Below, piece by piece: positions 56,080 to 61,307 of a stretch of 61,307 nt of DNA; position 1 is the stretch's first letter; each line of letters starts with the position of its first letter. The notes beneath the pieces were generated by a model. That model was not told the DNA's origin. It saw only the letters and a program-made list of their open reading frames with translations, and ran no database searches. The stretch spans positions 1 through 61,307 of the forward strand of contig SBGE01000081.1 of assembly GCA_006226755.1 (NCBI GenBank), written 5' to 3'. Position numbers and translations under genes: made by a program. This DNA comes from Deltaproteobacteria bacterium. GTDB taxonomy: Bacteria; Bdellovibrionota; Bacteriovoracia; Bacteriovoracales; Bacteriovoracaceae.

Positions 56080-56794
56080 AAGTCATCCCTTCATAATTGA
56101 ACTGGCTGTAAAACTTGAAGGCAAAGGCCAATGAGACCGCACTCAAGATATGCCAAGTGGCGTGACCTTGGAAGAAGTGGTTGTGAGGATTACACATGGT
56201 TCTCGTCACATCCAAAACTGAGAAAGTCGCGGCCGATACGATAAAAAAGATACTGCTATAAAAGTACTTGTACTGTGTTCCCTTTTCAAGCTTTCTAAGT
56301 CTAAGTTCCGAGAAAATAAGAAAGAGAGCTTGTACAAGAACAATACTTTGGATCGGAATGTATTTCAGATAGAAAAGGATCACGAGTCCACCAAACAGGG
56401 CATTAAAAGCAAAATAGAACGGCCAAATCCCTTTTTGAGTAATTTTCCCCATGCGTCGAAGGTTCAGAGCAATAAAAAGTCCAATCATCAGGAACATTCC
56501 AAGAAAATCGAACCACTGTGTAAAGAAGTTATAGGAAGCGTGATAGATGAAACTGAAAAGTCCCATTAAAAAGAAGGCCGGAACAAAGCTTTTGAGAGTC
56601 TTGTCTTCCATGTTTCTTGTTTGTCTCCAAACCCATATGGTTAGTGCTAGATATACAAGATTCGACCATGTATTGGCCGGTTCAGTGATCACAGAACACA
56701 TACTGGCTTCACACCACTTCACATTAGGTGGCGCGATTTTAGAAATTTCATACCACGGGCAGTGGGGAGCTAACATGGGAACATTGTAATTCAT
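56027..56794 (-). CDS. alkaline-ceramidase (ACER/YPC1)-like 7-TM hydrolase
   Basis: WCEASMCSVITEPANTWSNLVYL parallels the ACER N-terminal motif, and GHATWHILSAVS parallels the C-terminal His motif. Seven hydrophobic segments. Confidence 0.8.
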   Translation of the reverse strand: MNYNVPMLAPHCPWYEISKIAPPNVKWCEASMCSVITEPANTWSNLVYLALTIWVWRQTRNMEDKTLKSFVPAFFLMGLFSFIYHASYNFFTQWFDFLGMFLMIGLFIALNLRRMGKITQKGIWPFYFAFNALFGGLVILFYLKYIPIQSIVLVQALFLIFSELRLRKLEKGTQYKYFYSSIFFIVSAATFSVLDVTRTMCNPHNHFFQGHATWHILSAVSLAFAFKFYSQFNYEGMTYESTDSVDSASTPLTQS

Positions 56795-57486
56795 AGTGAC
56801 CTCGAGTTTCTTTCTACAGCTTTGGTTATTGTTTTAAGTGCTTGAGTGGTTCCTGCACTCATATTTTCAAATACATTTTCTTCAACAAAATCTCTGACGA
56901 GAAACCAATGTGAAGTTTTGGATTCATAGCGATATTCTACTTTCGTTTTCTTGTCTGAAAGTTTGATTAAACGGTAAGTGCCTTTTATAAAATCAAAAGC
57001 TGAGCTCACGCGAGTGGGGTCTTTCAAAACCTTGTTGATTATTTTTGGATTGACCATTTCATGAGAGATGATCATTTCATTGTCAGAAGTCTTTTTCTTG
57101 ATGACATCATAGTGAGCAAAAGAGCCGCGGTTATAAACGTTTCTCCATACCAAATAGGAAGGAGTGAGGTCATCCGTTTTGAGAATATCTTTATTGAATT
57201 CTTGAATTTTGACTGCTTCAACTAGATTCTTGTTGAAGTAGAGACACTTGTCTTCCCACTTCATCATCTTGCGTTTAGAGCGATACTCGTTGTTGCATTT
57301 CTCATCGAAATTTTCGATTCCCTTGGCCACTGATTCAAGATCGGCTTCATAAGTCATTTCTACTTCTGCAGTAAAAACTTTGGTTTCTCCCTCCCAATAA
57401 GAAGAGAGGCGGACATCTCCAATGGTCCTCTTTGTTTGGGCAAAACAATTGAAGGAGATCATTGTAAAAAGAACAAAGATTTTCAT
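56791..57486 (-). CDS. secreted protein, unknown function (possibly a lipid-binding fold)
   Basis: Signal peptide MKIFVLFTMISFNCFAQ and 4-nt overlaps with both neighbours. No motif I can name. Confidence 0.6.
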   Translation of the reverse strand: MKIFVLFTMISFNCFAQTKRTIGDVRLSSYWEGETKVFTAEVEMTYEADLESVAKGIENFDEKCNNEYRSKRKMMKWEDKCLYFNKNLVEAVKIQEFNKDILKTDDLTPSYLVWRNVYNRGSFAHYDVIKKKTSDNEMIISHEMVNPKIINKVLKDPTRVSSAFDFIKGTYRLIKLSDKKTKVEYRYESKTSHWFLVRDFVEENVFENMSAGTTQALKTITKAVERNSRSL

Positions 57487-58961
57487 TGTTGATATCCGTC
57501 CTCTCCTTTAGGAGTGAAAAGGTTGTCGAGAGCGTCTTTGACAAGAGTTTCACGATCCTTATCATCAGTGATAGCGGCCATCATCCCGTACATCGGGGCC
57601 ATCTTCTCGGGACGAGAGTCGCCAGCACCAATATTTTTACCTTCTTTTTGAACAAGTTTACTGACCATGTTTTTTGGAAGTGTTTTAAGCATTCCCTTGG
57701 CCATAGATGTTTTTATTCCTGAAATTTTACTTCCAAGACCTCTGGCCTCGGCCACAGCTCTACGAAGATCTTCAAAAAACTCATCAATTGATCCAGCGTG
57801 TGCAGCAGTAATGGTGAGGTGAAGACCATTTGGAAATTGTTGCATGTCCATGTGCCAACCACGTTTGGCCATGGAATCACCAACTTGAAAGACATCAATT
57901 TCATCAGAAACCAGACACAGAACTGACATGTCTGGATCACCAGCTATTTGAATGCCTTGGATGTCTTCAATGCGCTTAATGAATTCAGCAGTCGTATCAC
58001 GAATTCCTCCGATCAGTTTCATATATCCTTCTTCACCGAGATAATTCATGATCGCCCAAGCCGCAGCGATAGCTCCCCCCGGCCTCGTTCCAAGAACTGC
58101 AGGGGAACCGTACATTCCACCTGGCCAATCAGTTGTGACATAAAACTGATGACGTCTGAGCTCTTTATTTTTGTAAAGAACAACGGAGGCGCCCTTGGCG
58201 GCATAGCCATATTTATGGAGATCAACTGAAATTGAGGTCACACCGTCAACGGCGAAATCAAAACCTGGAAGTTTACTACCTAGTTTTCGATAAAAAGGAA
58301 GTACGATTCCGCCAACACAAGCATCAACGTGCATTAAAATTCCATTTTGTTTGGCCAGACTTGCAATCTCTTCAATCGGATCAATGACTCCTTGAGGATA
58401 AGATGGAGCAGAACCAACTAGAAGGATCGTATTTTTGTTCACGGCTTCTCTCATCGCTTGAACGTCCGCGCGATAATCACCCCGTGTTGGGATAGTAATA
58501 ATCTTCACTCCGAAATAGTGACCAGCTTTATTAAAAGCAGGGTGAGCTGTAATTGGCATGATAAGTTCAGGCTCGGTTATCTCTGGCTTGTTAACTTTTG
58601 CCCATTCTCTTGCCGTTTTAATGGCCATCAAAATGGATTCAGTTCCACCACTGGTCATTGTACCGGCGGCAATATCTCCAGATGGCTGGTTTTCACCATT
58701 CAGTAGTTTTGATGTCATTGCAACAACTTCATTTTCAAACTTTTTTAGGCTTGGAAAAGCTGAAGGATTGAGTCCGTTCTCTGAAAAGAACATACAGTAG
58801 GCATCTTTGATGACATTAGAGATTTCTTCGCCTCCATGAAAGACCAGACTGAAGGCCTTTCCTTCTTTCCATTTGATGTCGTTCTTTCTGACTTCTTCCA
58901 TCTTGGAAAAAAGGGTATCCCTGGACATTCCTCTTGTCGGGAGTTCTTTGGTCTTGTTCAT
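57483..58961 (-). CDS. PLP-dependent sphingosine-1-phosphate-lyase-like enzyme (group II decarboxylase fold)
   Basis: TSISVDLHKYGYAAKGASVVLYKNKELRRHQFYV closely parallels the eukaryotic S1P-lyase PLP-Lys region (SISADTHKYGFAPKG...). Confidence 0.85.
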   Translation of the reverse strand: MNKTKELPTRGMSRDTLFSKMEEVRKNDIKWKEGKAFSLVFHGGEEISNVIKDAYCMFFSENGLNPSAFPSLKKFENEVVAMTSKLLNGENQPSGDIAAGTMTSGGTESILMAIKTAREWAKVNKPEITEPELIMPITAHPAFNKAGHYFGVKIITIPTRGDYRADVQAMREAVNKNTILLVGSAPSYPQGVIDPIEEIASLAKQNGILMHVDACVGGIVLPFYRKLGSKLPGFDFAVDGVTSISVDLHKYGYAAKGASVVLYKNKELRRHQFYVTTDWPGGMYGSPAVLGTRPGGAIAAAWAIMNYLGEEGYMKLIGGIRDTTAEFIKRIEDIQGIQIAGDPDMSVLCLVSDEIDVFQVGDSMAKRGWHMDMQQFPNGLHLTITAAHAGSIDEFFEDLRRAVAEARGLGSKISGIKTSMAKGMLKTLPKNMVSKLVQKEGKNIGAGDSRPEKMAPMYGMMAAITDDKDRETLVKDALDNLFTPKGEDGYQQ

Positions 58962-61240
58962 TTGGCTCCTCCAATTCTCATAGCACTGACTGGATTTTGT
59001 TCACTCATATCTGGCAAATCATCTTCGTTGATATTTCCATAATCTGGAAATTCATCACCTGATGGTTTCGGGGCAAACATTTTAAGTACGGCCGCTACAG
59101 TATTTCTATCGCAATATATATCTTTCTTCTTTCCAAATACGTGAAAGAGAATCAATTGTACGGCTGACGGATGCTGTTTCTTTTTGATGACATAAAGAAA
59201 AACAGATTTAAGAAGTTTGCTGGTCGGTTTGAGGTTGGCTTCTTCTGCCAGAATATTTTTTAAAACTTCAAATGTTTCATCAAGCTCTTTCCGATCGATA
59301 ATGTGATCATTGTTTTTATCATAGCGAAGGAATAGACCTTCTCCGTTGGACATACTCGTCAACATTCTTGAAAGATCTGTTTTTGTAACAGGAACTTGTG
59401 GATCTGGATTGATTCGCGCCATCTTCTCAGCATCTTCAAGAAACTTTTGAGAGACAGACCAATCAGCATTTTTAAAATAATGATAGAAATTTGGAAAATA
59501 AGCATCCTTCTTCATATCAAAGAAGAGAGTTGGAAAAAAGTTTTCCCTATAACAAGTCACTTCAAAATTAAAAAGATCATCGGTTTGGCAGTATTTTCTA
59601 AGTTCCTCAAATATCTCTCGACCAATGGTATTGGCACCAATGATGGTTGGTAGGTAGGAAACGATTTCATCCATTTGGAGAAGGTTATCTCCATTGGAGA
59701 GATGTTGAAAAAGATCTGAACCGAGCATTAATTCTCTGACAAGACGATCGAGATCATCAGGCCACATATCAAATTCTTCAAGTGCACCTTTATAACCAAT
59801 GATCACTTTTCTGATGTTTTCCTTATCGATTGACCAGCGGCCATCAGCAGTTCGATGTGTTCGATAAGTTTGGAACAATTTGTTGCCTCCATAGCGGAGA
59901 ATCGCTTGGAGAATGTATCCCCATCTTGTTCTTCGATACTGATGACTGAACAGAATCAGGTTGTTATCCTCGGGAAAAGTTCGATATTTTTTGGTGACAA
60001 ACATGAAGTCTTCCCAAAGTTCGATCAATCTTGGAGTTGGGATAATGTCTAGTTCCGGAGAATCTGGAAAGGTGAGAGATTCGATGACTTTGTCACGTTC
60101 AAGTTCATCTTCATGATAATCCCAGGCAAAGGTAAAAAAGAAAAGAGATTCAAGAGCTCCAGCTCCCATTTGAAGCATCACCTGAGTATCTTCAAGAGTA
60201 TAGTAATTTGAGTCACCGCCAATGATGTCTTTTTTGAAAAGTTTGAGGCTGTCTCCAACATTTTTCCAATTGTAATCTGGAAGAAATCTTTGAAGAAGGT
60301 CCAGAAGTTCTTCATTATCGACAATGACTTCAGTCTTGTGTCCTTCCATCAACATATTCTCCAGATCGTGAATATTTGTCAGAAGATACTTATAAAATTT
60401 CCAATCTAATTCAAAGTGATGTCGTTTGACTTCAGTGAAATCAAACCAGGACTTGACGATGGTTGGGGCCTTGGCAATCAATTGCTCGATCTCAACTGCT
60501 CCGATAACGTTTCTGTCTCCCCCTAGAAAGAGTCTTTTGAGAAATAACATGCTTTTAATGAGATCGATATTGAATCGATCATCGGGAATTCCTGCTGTGA
60601 CTTTGATTCTTTGTAGAAAGCTTATGACATCAAGGTATTGACCATTGTCCGGGCGTTCTTTGATGATGTTGCTTATCTTTATAGAGAGTTCATTCAAGTT
60701 TGACAGTAGTACATCTCGATAGTTCCAATACCCATTTTCTTTAATTTGAAGAAGAACCTTTTTCAATTGATGACCATGTTGATTAACGGCCCGGATTAGA
60801 TCCATAAATGGTTTGATGTTATTGACATGAAGGGAATCTGGTTGGTCACGAAGAACGAGCGCGTTGACTTCAAAAATTAGCCCCAAAAAATCTGTAATGA
60901 GTTGTGGCTCTATATTCATAAAGCGCAGGATAAAAGTTTGGAGCTCTTCCTGTTTGATAATTTCCTGATTTTGTCGTCGAACAAATTTGGCAAACTTATC
61001 TAGGTTCCCTTCAAGGCAATTGATCTCTTTTGAAACATCGCGATCAAGAATTTGTTTGAGCGCATCAGTGTCTACTGGACAGACGCTCTCCATGTTTTCG
61101 ATATCGATGTATTCGCTATCAGGACTTTGGTCATCAATAAGGCCACATCCTTGGCACAGAATTCCCAACATCAAAACGAAAAGGAGACAGAGTCCCTTCA
61201 ATAATTGAGATTTGAGTTGAGTGAGTTGAATCATCTTCAT
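58958..61240 (-). CDS. large (760 aa) exported protein with an EF-hand-like Ca-binding loop, unknown function
   Basis: The N-terminus LLKGLCLLFVLMLGILCQGC is signal/lipobox-like. The loop DKNNDHIIDRKE is encoded at 59285-59320. The frame stays open upstream to the window edge, but the signal peptide favours the 61240 start. Confidence 0.7.
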   Translation of the reverse strand: MKMIQLTQLKSQLLKGLCLLFVLMLGILCQGCGLIDDQSPDSEYIDIENMESVCPVDTDALKQILDRDVSKEINCLEGNLDKFAKFVRRQNQEIIKQEELQTFILRFMNIEPQLITDFLGLIFEVNALVLRDQPDSLHVNNIKPFMDLIRAVNQHGHQLKKVLLQIKENGYWNYRDVLLSNLNELSIKISNIIKERPDNGQYLDVISFLQRIKVTAGIPDDRFNIDLIKSMLFLKRLFLGGDRNVIGAVEIEQLIAKAPTIVKSWFDFTEVKRHHFELDWKFYKYLLTNIHDLENMLMEGHKTEVIVDNEELLDLLQRFLPDYNWKNVGDSLKLFKKDIIGGDSNYYTLEDTQVMLQMGAGALESLFFFTFAWDYHEDELERDKVIESLTFPDSPELDIIPTPRLIELWEDFMFVTKKYRTFPEDNNLILFSHQYRRTRWGYILQAILRYGGNKLFQTYRTHRTADGRWSIDKENIRKVIIGYKGALEEFDMWPDDLDRLVRELMLGSDLFQHLSNGDNLLQMDEIVSYLPTIIGANTIGREIFEELRKYCQTDDLFNFEVTCYRENFFPTLFFDMKKDAYFPNFYHYFKNADWSVSQKFLEDAEKMARINPDPQVPVTKTDLSRMLTSMSNGEGLFLRYDKNNDHIIDRKELDETFEVLKNILAEEANLKPTSKLLKSVFLYVIKKKQHPSAVQLILFHVFGKKKDIYCDRNTVAAVLKMFAPKPSGDEFPDYGNINEDDLPDMSEQNPVSAMRIGGAK

Positions 61241-61307
61241 GATGAGTTTTTCTCCGTTCGAGTCTTTCGGGATTGCTGTACGCGCAAAGTCTCTGACGTA
61301 CAGTATT

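Noticed and set aside
1-61307. I searched for CRISPR arrays, IS elements, integrases, prophage genes and toxin-antitoxin pairs.
   Set aside because: I saw no regularly spaced direct repeats, no transposase, integrase, recombinase or phage-structural motifs in any listed ORF, and no small adjacent two-gene TA-like pair. The XRE gene at 27100 is not paired with a co-directional small toxin-like ORF.
61241-61307. Possible upstream extension of the 760-aa ORF beyond the window. The frame stays open to nt 61307.
   Set aside because: MKMIQ...LLFVLMLGILCQGC looks like a genuine N-terminal signal/lipobox, and GGAG lies upstream of ATG 61240. I keep the start at 61240, but the extension cannot be excluded without the flanking sequence.

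Overview
The window is AT-rich, very gene-dense bacterial chromosomal DNA. I call about 70 credible CDS and one tRNA-Ala(GGC). I saw no rRNA, CRISPR array, transposase, integrase or phage genes. Housekeeping anchors are rpmB, slyD and the tRNA. The rest is dominated by signal-peptide and lipoprotein ORFs, C-terminal-Phe beta-barrel proteins, secreted hydrolases (an S8 protease, a metallophosphoesterase, GDPD, an Ntn acylase) and c-di-GMP parts (HD-GYP, a PilZ-like protein). It also holds an orphan ExbB/ExbD pair, an ECF sigma/anti-sigma pair, and several eukaryote-like enzymes: Lys1-type saccharopine dehydrogenase, an HDAC-like deacetylase, a cN-II 5'-nucleotidase, an alkaline-ceramidase-like protein and a sphingosine-1-phosphate-lyase-like protein. 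This content fits a Bdellovibrio-like predatory bacterium, but that is a guess I cannot verify without a database search. Four regions deserve the most attention. (1) An eight-ORF, translationally coupled operon at 33.6-41.1 kb encodes SPFH+SHOCT, two Zn-ribbon DUF4178 proteins, an unannotated micro-ORF, DUF350, a membrane-fused spermidine-synthase-like enzyme, a Tat-exported flavin amine-oxidase-like enzyme and a polytopic membrane protein. It looks like a PspA-less envelope-stress/polyamine module. (2) A seven-gene minus-strand operon at 54.0-61.2 kb combines ceramidase-like and S1P-lyase-like enzymes with secreted, outer-membrane and EF-hand proteins. (3) A cluster at 43.6-47.1 kb encodes YceI-like proteins, a cytochrome c lipoprotein, a beta-barrel carrying an N-terminal CxxCH motif and a TPR/beta-barrel protein. 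(4) An ORF-less, repeat-rich unit at 21.4-21.7 kb lies between a sigma54-like promoter and a strong terminator. All functional calls rest on motifs I recognised by eye in the translations, and no similarity search was run.
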